A stretch of DNA of 64,000 bases from Lingula anatina (taxonomy: Eukaryota > Animalia > Brachiopoda), in the NCBI GenBank assembly GCA_051362555.1, contig CM120640.1, positions 25,282,225-25,346,224 on the forward strand. The letters run 5' to 3'. Under the pieces are notes generated by a model that saw only the letters and a program-made list of their open reading frames with translations, was not told the DNA's origin and made no database searches. The translations under genes were made by a program, and so were the position numbers. Shown here one piece after another: positions 13,550-26,500 of this stretch (within the stretch, counting starts at the first letter, position 1; every line of letters starts with the position of its first letter).

Positions 13550-13578
<29 letters not shown>
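13550..13578. repeat. (TA)n microsatellite
   Basis: Visible in sequence. Confidence 0.95.
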
Positions 13579-13583
<5 letters not shown>

Positions 13584-15655
13584 GTAAATCATATTTCTAC
13601 CGGCGCTTCCTTTACTCTATCAAAAACAAAACACAATCGCTATCCCATATGATTCCAAGTTAATTCATGCGCACGTCATTTCAAAAGTGGTCGTTCCCCC
13701 GTTTATCGGTCTTAATTGATTTGCGGGCAATGGGGCTTTTTATCGTTATTTCTTTCCTTCTAGCCACGTAAGTTAGTTGATGGGTCCTAGATTTAGATAA
13801 AGGTTGGGCTTCCAGATATTTGCAAAAGTTCTAGAATATCGTTTCTTTTTTCATTTACCATGACATATCTTCCGGGTTTCATTTATTGAAGGGGCGTTCT
13901 AATAATTACTAACACTTCGAAGCCCAACAAAACAATCCGTGAAATAGAAACTGATATAGGTTTGTGAACTTTTGCTCCCTTTTACTCTTGCCATATCAGT
14001 GCTGAACTGACGCAAACTCAAGTGGCCTCAGTGCAAGGGAAATTGTCTTGGCTGTTATTGCCTCCAAGGCTATTGCATTCTATTGGCTTCCCTTTTCCTT
14101 TCGTTAATTTTGCAACATCAGCACGCGATGCAGAGTCACTTTTCAAAAGTAATTGTTTCCTAATTTAAGACTACTGAAAGATACTACCCAGGATAACAAA
14201 ATTTTATAAACTGTCCTTGCGGCGAACTGAACATGAAGAATAAAGACATACTGTAATATTGAAAGGTTATTATTGTTATACAAATGTACGAATGTGGTCG
14301 ATCATAATAAAATATTCGAAGCAGTGTACACGTACCGTTTCTGATCTATCATACTTTATGTTTCCTCATTAACCCCGAGCGAAAGTAAATGACAAACACA
14401 AATATAGTGTTCGAAATTTGGCCGATAGCGGCAGCTTTTATTGAAAGGTCCCTGTAGTAAAGAATTGTGTTAGTTATTATATAGCATTGAATATTGTTAA
14501 ATTAATTAAAATTACGTAATGTTATATCATAAAAATAAATATCAAAACAAATAGTGCACATATTTTCAATTGTGGGGTTGCAAAGAGGTCCTTTTCGCAT
14601 GCTGAAGCACAATTTTATTTCTAATACTGTAATACGTGAACAATGATGTCCCTTGTAACAGCATATTTTGATTTTTCTTATTCAAGAAGACAGCAAACTT
14701 CAATACTGGTAAGCAAATACTGAACTTGTAGAAAACATTCAGTACAGAAATTCGTGATACAAAATATCGTTGGTGGGCGCATATCGATAATTGTTTCGGT
14801 GAACGAATCCGTATGAAGTATAGCATGGAAAACGGTGTGATATAAGGGCAGTTATGAAAAAAGCGGGTGGGTGTTAAGAAAATTAGTTAAAAGGTGACAC
14901 ATCATTCAAAGTAAGTATGAAACTTTCTGGATACCATCGCGTTGATGACTATTGTGTTTGATAAAAAATAAATTGTGACATCCACTTCCCTTATTAACTT
15001 TTTAATAAACAAATAAATGGATAAAAAAAATCCACTGCTATATAACTTGTGTTTTTTTTTATTACGCAATATCATTGTCTCGTCGCTTGGCACAGTACAA
15101 TTTCCTTTTTAATAATTGTGCCTCGAACTATTGATAAACTTAAGCCGTGGAGGCCTATAAAGCGAGAGCACGGCAGGGTATACCTTTAACATTTGTCACC
15201 AATGTATAAATAAACTGTTCCTGTTACAGGAGGAGAAATAATTTTGAGAGCTCATATGTCACAGCACAAAATAGAAAATGTGAATTGTCCAAAATTCTCG
15301 TCTAAAAATTAGAATAAGAAAATGAATAGACTTACAATAAGTCTAATTATCGACGCGGGGTCTACTTCTTGGGACTTCAGCCAATCTATCGAGAATACAG
15401 GAGAAAGCGAGTAGAACTATTCTTATCTCAATTGCGAACAAAGTGTGATCAACGTGGCCTACGCTCGTTAACCTGCTTATCAATTTTGTCTGTCCTTACT
15501 AGCTAAATAGCAATCAACCTGTATATTGTACATGTTTGCCATTACTGCCTTTAATTAATCTCGCACTACTCGGGATGGAGAAGATAAACGAGAACAGCAA
15601 GTTAATGTTGAGAGGCAGCGCATCGGGTAAGGAAACTGGACAATACGAAGACTAA

Positions 15656-15922
15656 GGCTTCGTTCACATGCAATGTCTATTTTCTAAATTCTATTTTCTA
15701 TTTGCGGCATGTCTTATGATCACGGTCTGTGCACTGAATATCCCGCCGCGTAATTACTGGCAGCGCGAGCCAGTTACTATAAGTTACTATAAGTTACTAT
15801 AAGTAACTGGCTCGCGCTGCCAGTAATTACGCGGCGGGATATTCAGTGCACAGACCGTGATCATTAGATAGCGCGAATAGAAAATAGAATTTAGAAAATA
15901 GACATTGCATGTGAACGAAGCC
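15656..15922. mobile_element. Palindromic MITE, PIF/Harbinger (Tourist)-like
   Basis: Ends GGCTTCGTTCACATGCAATGTC...GACATTGCATGTGAACGAAGCC. Arms of ~120 bp pair almost fully around a centre of tandem AGTTACTATA units. Flanks TAA/CAA resemble a 3-bp TWA TSD with one mismatch. Confidence 0.75.
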
Positions 15923-16242
15923 CAAGTGTAGCTGCTAGGAGACGCCTGTTGACCAAGAACATCGACTGGATAGAAGTGTAGAATGTTTGAAGCGGCAATT
16001 GAATACAGAGAGAAAATGTTGTCATCTACGGCGGAGTGTCTGAACTTTCTTAAACGCTATTTCAGATTGGGCATGCTGTGCTCTTTATCGTTAATCTTGT
16101 CGTTTTGTGATACGCTCCCCTATTTCGTTAGGAAAAATTGAAATAAAACTATTCTGTGAAAGGTACAGGAATTCCTGCTAAAGAGGGTCCTAAATTCTAT
16201 GACAAGATCCTCATTTGACACGTACACACACACAAATACATA

Positions 16243-16479
16243 TCTCCATCGTGTCAAGTAACACTCGGAACCACTCGAAACTACTCGGATGTCTCCGCAC
16301 TCGACAATAACTATGTTGTTAGTATGGAGCTTGCGGAATCAGCCGAGGATTGCCGATTGACGATCAACCAATCAGCGTTTTCACCAAACTTTGGTGAAAA
16401 TTTTTGAAACATGGATTCGATTGGCTTATATAAAATAGGTCAAACTATTTTCGTCAGAGGTTACTTGACACGATGGAGA
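16243..16479. mobile_element. MITE with 20-bp TIRs and TA target-site duplication (Tc1/mariner-type footprint)
   Basis: TA|TCTCCATCGTGTCAAGTAAC (16243-16262) ... GTTACTTGACACGATGGAGA|TA (16460-16479): perfect inverted repeats, non-coding interior. Confidence 0.7.
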
Positions 16480-17570
16480 TAGGCTACAGTGAAAAGGTTA
16501 GTGTCAAGTTAGCTCTGAAGCTCAGGGTGTGTATATCTTGATCGGGCAAAAATCACCAGTGAAACGTTCTACCCTTATTCCTAAAGTTCGATGACTGCCT
16601 GCGAAACAATCAGATAGGACTTTCATTTTGACCAATTTTTCGAGGTCAAATTCAGAAAAAGGCTGGTGTTATAGTGCTCAAAGGGTTGCGGCTATCTCTT
16701 GATAGCCGTATATAAAGGGAAGTCATGTTAGAGGTCTGCCTCTGTTCAATTTGGGAGTCAATTGGTGCATTTACACAGTTGACCAAAATTATTTTACATT
16801 TCATTTATTTGTCCTTCAAATCCTTCTCATACATAAGTTCATAGTTGATAATGACTGATGTAACACTTCCTATTTTTCTTGTACTTTTGGCAGATGATAA
16901 GCAGTGAAAGTACACAAAAATAAAATGAATATAACAGCAAGGCATTTTCCATCAAATTCGTTCAGAATGGTTGACAGTGTCACTTCCAAATGGCTTCCTC
17001 AGCCAAATAAGTGGTTCAAAAATGACATTCATACGCTTATTTTCGGGCTACAAAAAGTGATGGTCAGTGAACACTACAAAAACAGTAAATGACAACAAAA
17101 CAGTTTCCACATTTTTCTCATTCAAAAATCCAATCAACCTGTAAACTACTCTAAAGCTAATCAAAATACATTTACAATTTCTGAATAGGATGTCATTACA
17201 AACACATTCTGTGTTAGGCTGCAGGTGAAATGGTCAAATTCTTTTCCTGTGTGAGTCTATTACATAAGCATGCAAACCCAGGTTAACACAAAATAAAACC
17301 TCACTTGTGTCATTCTGTTAACAACACTGTGACTTCATAATTAAAATATGTTCTACTTAGAGCACAAGCTGGTGAATTTTTGCAGAATCTAATTCAAAGT
17401 CAGAGTAGTAATCTCATGTCCTTTTCCCCATGGGATTATGGAAAGGTGACTTCCCTTGTATATATGTGTGTTTTTATTTTTGGGCTTGCAGCACTTGCAG
17501 GGAATAAATTTTATGTATAGTCAGTTGTAAAAGCTCAACAAGTCTCTGGATTTACTTAACCAGTCTCATT

Positions 17571-20500
17571 TCAGGCTGGTGGCATCTTACAAAGACATCT
17601 CATCTGCAACATTTTTAAGTCTCCATGGTCAGTCTTGACCACTCCCTCCATGCCATCAATGGACAGAAGCTGACCACAGGCCTCTCTTTCTTCACCAATG
17701 ATCACTTTTACCTGTAGAGAAATAAATATTACATTATCAGGAAAATGCAACACCACACCTTTTAAATCAATACAAAAGTACCCAGTCTTTTTAAAATGAT
17801 TAAAATTACATCAAACTTACAAACTGTACCTATGAAAGATCATAAAGGAAAAAATGTGATACATTATGTATAACTTACACAAAAGGTAAAAAAAAAAGTC
17901 TTTAAAAGGTAGCAATTTATGCTTCACTTTTAAATCTTCAATGTTTCACACACACACACTCACACACACACACACACAAATAATAATAACAATAAATAAA
18001 TAACATAAAAATTAACCCCCTCACATAAATCATGTTCCTTCAACTCACCCTGTCCCCCTTAGTGGGTACCACTGGTTCCAGCTGTTCACAGGACACTGTG
18101 ATCACCTTCTCATCTTCAGGTAAGAACAGGGAGCACATGCCAGCCTGGAACAGTGCCAATACATGCTGTTAATTTAACTTGATCAAGTTATTAAGTGCTA
18201 ACGTAACTAATGGCAAACATGACCCTTTTATGACTGCTTTTTAATTAACTCAGCTGAACAATTGCTAAGCTGTGTCTTGAAAATATATCAGGTGGATTTT
18301 AAAAGTCACTAATGTAATTTATCAAAAATAATCCACTTAGCACCATTAGCATTGCAACCTGGTATTGCCTTTGGTACACAGGGATATCGATGTTAATTTG
18401 ATCAAATAAAGCAGTCATATTCAAAAGCTAATATTGCCTGGAGCACTGATGCTCAAAACACATTACTTAAAAAAAAATAATAATAAAATGAAGAAAAAAA
18501 AAAGATAACCAAAAAAGATCTTTATAAAATATGCAAAATGTCAGTTTCACATCATCACCATCCCATCACATGTTCTTACCGAGATTCCCCTTATGACGCC
18601 TATCTGGTGGATCAGGTTAGGATCATCGTGGGTGTCTTTGATTCTCGTCTCTATGTCAGTGGTATGCCAGTCTGCGGCACCATGCTCCATGCCTGGAACA
18701 ATAAACTAATATCATCATCCCTGCATACACCTTCTTCATGCATCCAAGGCTAGATGATGAGAGCTTAATTCCGCTGATTCCACTTTTTTTAGGCAAATAT
18801 ATTTAGACATTATATAATGGAAGTGCAACATATAAGGGTCTCTTATAGGGTTGGCATACATAAATACTGCACTTTCATGAATTACTGTCCAATGAAGTTA
18901 CTTTACAGCCCCCCCTTTTTTTTAGTTTAAATCTCCAGTCTAGCATATTAGCTGAAGCCTCATGTAAATCTCTGCAGTCAAATTAAAGGAAAGTTAAAGC
19001 CATTCAAAATCTGTCTGGGGCTTTATTTGATTAGAGGTTTTTAAGTTAACTATTTTATGACGCAGCTAGACACAAAAGGGGATAATCAAATTGCACAGTA
19101 CTATTCTTTTTTCATAATATAAAAAAGCAAAGGGCTATCATTTTTTATACTGAATGTGAGTAGAAACTAAAGGAGATTACTGAAAAAAATTATAAGTGAG
19201 GCTGTCTTCAAAGATCTCTTTCTTTCTTACAACAGATTGATAGAATAGAGTAATAGAATTCAATTGTTCAATCATATATCCTGTAGTTTTACCTGTTCCA
19301 GGTGTCTGTGGTGTGTATGGTGCCCCGGGGGTCATAGGACTGTACCCCATGGGTGATGGGGTGCTACCATAACCAGAGGGGGATGGTGTGTTACTGCCAT
19401 ACCCCTGAGGACTCGGGGTGGGGATGTATCCTCCAGGGCTTGCTGGAATTGATAGACCCAACAAATACTGGTCAGAAATTATATCAATATTTACCTCACA
19501 GATCTATTAAAACTAAAATCTGAATTGAATTCCTCACATACCTTTGTAAAATGAATGATTGATTTTTCTTGCTTTTCATAAGCATACAATACACATGATT
19601 CAATATATGTTTGCTTTAACATGCACAATTCAGATAGCTGTAATTGAAAAAAATGCTTTAATAATATGTAATGTAATTTTTATAACGTGAATCTCAGTTC
19701 TATCAGTCTTTTCTATTTTTATTAGTCTAAAATGTACAAGTTGCTATGCATCTTACGTGTGTACCCTCCAGGAGAAGGTGAGGATTGGTAGGAGTAACTG
19801 CTCCCTGGGGTCTGCGGGGTGTATGGCCCTCCTGCAGGACTGGGGGTGTCAGCAGAATACCCAGGGGTGGCAGGGTTAGGCGTGCCATAATCCACACCAG
19901 CAGGGGATGGGGATGCTTCATCGAAGTTGTACTCAAAGTCGTTGGCCCTGAACAAAAAGAGAAGTCATCTATTCACTTTCAACTGAAATGATGTGAAATA
20001 TCTTCCATTTTATTGCTACAAAAATACCAATGGGTCAATTTTGAGCTACAAATGTTTGACAAGAATACACATAAACATTGGGCATAAAATGATATTCTGA
20101 AAATTTGTCCTTTTGAGCACTATTAAAAAACATGCATCAAAGTTTTATGCATTTTTTAAATTTTTTTCAATCAAGGCTGCTTATGAAAAAAATTATTGGA
20201 AACATCTTAAATAATTTTAATAAAAACATTTGTTTAATAAACATATTTTCAGACTAGGTTAAAATACCTTAAGGGACAGTGCAAAAGAATTTTGTTGTTT
20301 TATTAAAAAATCAATAGAAAAGTGGCCATAAAACATTTGTAGATAATTACAAATTTGACAACACTTCCATGAAATCTGTGACACTAATGGAGAGAAAATA
20401 TCAGCTCCTGGCTGCAATTTCTTCTTGTTTGCAAGAGAGGTGAGGAAGGGCTTTCCAACTCCATGGCATATTCAAAGAAAAATGATAATTACAATTTATA

Positions 20501-23500
20501 TATCCAGACAGGCAGCTAGATTATATATCAGCTAAGCCAATGCTATTTTCCTGTTCAAAATATTAAGATTCTGTGCCCATTCACAAACCATTCCCTCCAC
20601 AGTGATTCCAACTCCTCACCTTGCAGGAGTGTTAGACTGCGTGGGATCCCAGGCAGGAGTCCTTCCTCCACCGTCATGTAAGGGGGTCTGGCTGCCGTAG
20701 TGGGGGGTTCTGCTGCCATCATGGAGCGGTGTCTGAGAGCCATACATGGGTGTACGTGAGCCATACATGGGGGTCTGGCCACCACTTCCGTACATTGGCG
20801 TCCTGGGTGTGTAAGATGAAGCGCCACCTGGACGGCCATCACTGCAAAAAAAAATATTCATATCACCATTTGAATTCATAATAGATGACATTATCATGAA
20901 CTTGTTGATTTTATACAATAAGTAAATTTCATAATCAAAGATTTTATGTTTTTTTTATTAGTTATTTGTCACCTAGCAATGGAGGTTACTTGGCGGGTAA
21001 GCACCAGTTTTCATGAAACCTTTACAAGCATTTGTAGTTGCTATGTTGAGCACTATTTTGGTATTGTATTTTAATTTATTAGCACTAGCAGTAAGGTGCC
21101 AAAGTCTAGAGAAGGTCTTCACAAAGTTTCAAAGATTTTTTTTTTTTGTTTCCTTTCCTGGATCTTTATGCAGAAACCTCCCAAGTTGCCTGTATTTCAT
21201 TAACACTCTTAATGAACATCTGGAAAAACTAAATGCTGTCGGCAGCATTTATATAACATATATATATTTTTTTTTTCATGCCAAAATCCTGGGGAATACA
21301 GGCTGGCCGAATACAATATTTTAAAATTATTTGTTTACAAATTACAATTTTCTTTTTCAAACCATTTTCACACTTAACAATAGAAAGTCATACATTATTC
21401 AAAACTGTTCAATGACTCTTCTTATATGCAGAACTGTTCATGTATCTTATTAAATTTTATACAGGGTATTAAAGCTGTAAAGCCTAGGGTACTAAAAGAC
21501 CTAGCTATCCAGGAAATCAAATTTCATTTAGATATTTACATTTTTGTTAGATGTCCTTACCTAACACCCGTGAACTCAGGCTCTCTGAACAATTCCTTGA
21601 ACTTAAACAATTCCTTGAACTTAAACAAATGTTGCGAGAACATGTGACAAAAGTAATTCAAGAAAGAACAAGATTAAATTAAGTTCACATTAGCAAACCT
21701 CAATTATTTTAACTTGAACTGAGCTTACCTAACTGAACGTATTCTTGTTTTATCCACCGAGATAGTTTTGCAGCTGGAATGTAACTCCACTCTAGCAGTA
21801 GTATCTGTGGCATCCTTGACGATACCAATGTAACCTAAAAAGTGAAAATAAAGGTTAAACTTATGAAAAGTTTGTTCAATGACAGTATAGTACACGAATG
21901 ATACTGACAAAGTGGCCTGAAAATATAAAACCTCCATCAGGGAATCCTTCTGTCATGTTAAGAACTTTATCTCTTGTAGAACTTAAAGTCTACTTTTAGG
22001 TGTTTATAAGAATATATGTTTTTAGTCATCAAATTCAATATCTGGAGAATTTCACAGGCACTTGCACTTATAGGAATCACTTTAACATACTACATCACAG
22101 GTGCATCTTAAAGAGAAAACTGACATCATTTGTTTACATTCATATATCTCAACCAGTATTCAACCCATATTTCAACAATGTACAACATCTTTTCTCAAAT
22201 TAAGTAGACTCTTCATTAAATACACGAAATACCATCAACCCCTCAAAAAGCTTACCTTTATATGAGCCCTGAATGATCCTGACAGTCTGTCCAATGAGAC
22301 CCCTATCCCTGTTGCTGGTTCCCCGGCCACGCCCTGCGCCACCTGGCCCCCCAGCACCCCCACCCCCACCACTGGGGTGAGCAGGACTGGACAGGCGAGG
22401 AGACATATAACCTGCCAGCATGGGGCCTGTGGAAGTGACCTGGGAAAACAAGTAAAAACTGTATCAATTTCATACTTTCTCATGCTGTGGGAATGATACA
22501 GATATTTAGAATTATGGTGTAATAACTTCAATACTTGATACTTAGCCAAATACAAAAACAATTTTATTTCTTACTTGATAACATCTCTATATTACAACAT
22601 ACATATCAGTTTCAGAGCTATGGGATGTGAGGTGAAAACTAAATAATTCTACTTTTGTGTCTTTGATGGTAAACCTGCTGATATTCATAATTTTAGTTTC
22701 AGTTGTACTTCATGTGGTCTATACCTTGGACCCTCCAGCCAGAACTAAATGCCTGGTCCTGCACACAAATATGCCTCCATTGTCAGTCATCATGCGAGAA
22801 TACAGGAATGCATAGCTACGGTACAGGTGCTTTATCTGACCTTGACGCCCCTACAAATTGGAACTTTCGATAAGCCACACTTAAGGATCCTTTTTTTTAA
22901 CATCACAACAGAGTCAAACATTTCTATATAACAATGTGATGTGTAAACAATGTTAGAAATGTGATATTTCTATCAATTTGTTGATCACGACACATAGTAC
23001 CAATGATCCTTTTTATAAATTTGACTGAACTCTCAAAAATGTACAAAGCAGTATTACTTTCACATAAGAAATACCAAAAGCAAATATTCAAGTGATGCTC
23101 AGAAAAAACAGTGTGAAAATAAATGTGTTTCACAATAGATTCCAAGACAGTGAACATAAAGGGCCATCAGGCCATGGAACTTTTTACTTACAGAATGGGG
23201 GCCATCAATGACCTTGACAATGTCCTTGACCTGGATATTGTTATTCTCTGCATCCAAAGCAACAGCTCTGGTAGAATCCCTTCTCTTGGATACAGCTTGG
23301 TGTTTTACATGAACCACCTTCAAAATCAAGTTATATGAGGGATAAAAACAACAAAACAAAGCAATGTTACATATATTTGGCAATATATTATCCAACAAAC
23401 ATCAACCAATGAATTTCATATTTAAATCAAAATAGATAAAACAGATACAGTGGCTACAGATATTGAATTTTTTCTGGCATCCTAAAAAAACCTTGTACTT

Positions 23501-26500
23501 AAGTCATCAATGTTTCTACTTTAAATTAAAAATATCCTGAAATGGATTTTCTTAGGACCATTTCCCCTTAACTTGGCCCACATTATGTAATCTATATGGC
23601 TACATGCTTTTCACATTTTTTCAATAGGCATACAAAGGCCATTTTTAAACAAGTTGTAATGCACTAGAAGGTAATAAACTTTTTAGATAAAAAAGTAAAA
23701 ACTGAGTTATTTACAAGTAAAAGAGGAAGATTTAAGAAAGCGTGGATACCAAGCACTGTGCCTTGAACGGTACAAGTTATATGAACCATTTTGCGTCTGT
23801 AAGCTACAGCTTACATCCATTTAAGACTATGAGAAGGCTATTCACCAATAAATTACTTGCAAATCATAATGATAAATATTTATTAACGGATAAAAATATA
23901 GCAACAAAGAAAGACACTCGAAAAGTTAGCTGTGTTTAGATCAAACTTTATCAGTTGAGCATTGTATCTACATGATCATTAAAACAACTCCATAAGGTAC
24001 TTTGCATACAGCTGACCTTGCCATGCATGTTCAAGACCTGGAAACTCTCCTTTTCCAGCCGGACAATGACTGCAACTGTCTGAGGACTGAAATATGCAAG
24101 AAAAAGAGCTGTTTTTTCTTTTCTTCATTCATACTTTTCACCATCATGACAATTTCCATTCAAATTTCAATTTTTTAAGTATTCATAAGACTGAAAGAAT
24201 ACACACATTTCAACTGAATTTATTTCAGATTTTCAACATTTCAAAAACTTCAGCTCAGCACATCCTAGAGAATACTTTAAAAAATTGTTGCTACAAGACC
24301 AGGTTCAAAATTTTATGCAAGAAATAAAATGAGTATCATTAACTGTAACACTCCTTTTCCACATCTCTCTGGTAACATGCCAGACATAATAGCTTACTCT
24401 AGTTGAACCAGGTCTCCAAACTGGAACTGTCCCATGGTATCTACACCAGTGGCTCTGTCAGTACATAACTGCAGATCTTTGGGCAGAACTTTCAACTGAA
24501 AAAAAAATACATTATGGAAATAATGGTTTTATGGGGGCAAATGTTAAGTTTTCAAAAAATATAACTTAAATTTAGCATCAAGATGTGCATATAATGACCC
24601 GTGGACCTATGGACAAGACTTGTAGCCAAGCTAAGGAAGCCTCCATTGCAGTGCACAGACATAACGGTTGTCTATGTTTATAATAAAGATCAAGATTAGT
24701 GGGGCCTGTCAATAATTGGAATAATAGAAATACAATAGTTTGATTGGTATTGAAAAATAAGGTCACTCTGCTTCAGAGACACTTTGTAAAAATTAGAATC
24801 ACTGCATAGTTACATGTATGTAGTCAAATGCTCACAAACTAACCAAAGTTCTGTTATTCAAGGTAATTGAAAGGGAGTGCCTTCTGTGGGAGCCGAATAT
24901 TGACATTTCATCTTTTTTTGTATGTCAAGACAATAAGTACACTCTAAATAGTATGTGTAACTACACACCTCTTCTTTCTTAGTCTCAAATGTGCCCTTAA
25001 AATATACCACAGGTACTGGGCTTAATTATGCCCCAATTTCATTTGACATGTCATCTGATGTACAACCTGGGATAATAAAGTGTACATAAATTCAAAGAAG
25101 TCTCTAAAGCTGACCTAAAATAAGGGGTGAACGTTGAAGTCTTTGTTTCTACTACACCCTACTGCGGTCCTTGATGCTTCAACTATGGTTCAATATAAAT
25201 AGCTATACTGCAGTATCGCTTGCAAGTATATCTCCATTTCTTAAATGGTGGTTCAGAACAGTATTGTTTGGTGGCAGGGAAATCTAATTTTAAGCTGGAC
25301 ATTGTTAAAGGTGGCATAAAATCCAAACATTACATTAAAGCTGTGGAGATGGACCAAAGCTGGAAATGAGGGAGTAAGGAGTTGGTAAATACTGAGAATA
25401 GGAAGGTTACATAACTTTTGATCCCATGGCTCTTTTTCTCTAAAACAGTTTGTTCTTAAAGTAAATTATTAAAAATGGAATTCCCATTAATCCATCCCTG
25501 TTGGTGTGGTTGAAGATTTTCTAAAATATTGTTGCTCTTCTACACAGCAGCTTTATAAAATTATATAATAAATATCATTTAGTCTTTTCTAGACAGAAGC
25601 TGTATCGATAATACAAAAACATCATTTAGTTTCTTCTATACAGCAGCTTTATAAATTATATGTTTAACTTTAAGTAATTCTTAATGTCCAACAGACAGTC
25701 AGTAGAGTGCTTTTAACTAAGGCAGCTGTTATGTGTTTCTCATTATCACTTTTCACTTTTGTAACTAGCCTGTTTATGGAGTTTTGGATAATGTGCAATT
25801 TAGTCCATTGATTTTGACTTACACCAAAAAAAGGCACTATTACAGTAACTGATTCTGGACGTCATCAAGGCATGTGTTAATTTCTCATCTGTAGTTCTGT
25901 ACAGTTAATTGTGAAACTTGCTCATTCCCCAAAGTGAATATAATGGAGAATTACCAACATGCTAGGACTTATGGCTCCTTTACTTTTTTGTAAAAAAAAA
26001 AAAAAAAAAAAAACTTCAGCAATCCTATAAAGGAATTCTATTTTTTACAATTTGTCCTGGAAACATGGTGTCCCTTTTCTTTTAAGGTACCAATCAAACA
26101 ATGTTGTATTTCTATTACTAGATAATTAACAGGCTCCACTAATCTTTATCCTCATTAACCTTTCAGTTAACTTTTTCCCACAAAAGAATTAATCCTCATT
26201 TACAACTTTCCTGGTTTTAATGCAATAAGCGATAAGTCTCCAACAACAAAGAAACCTACCTCATGCATAGTCAAGTCTGAGAACAAAACCACCATGTTAT
26301 CCTCCACACGAACAATCAGTCCAGTGTCCCCCTCATACCTGCCCGAGATCACTTTGACATGGTCGCCCATTTTGAAGTACTTGCGTAACTCATGGGCAGG
26401 AAACTCTAGTGGATCCTTGAATGAAAAGAAAAAAAAATATGTATGTCTTACCCCAACAGCATACACCATCAAAATATTCGAATAATATTTCATTTCATTT

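Noticed and set aside
21588-21629. 18-bp tandem duplication AACAATTCCTTGAACTTA
   Set aside because: Ordinary slippage duplication in an intron with no further structure.
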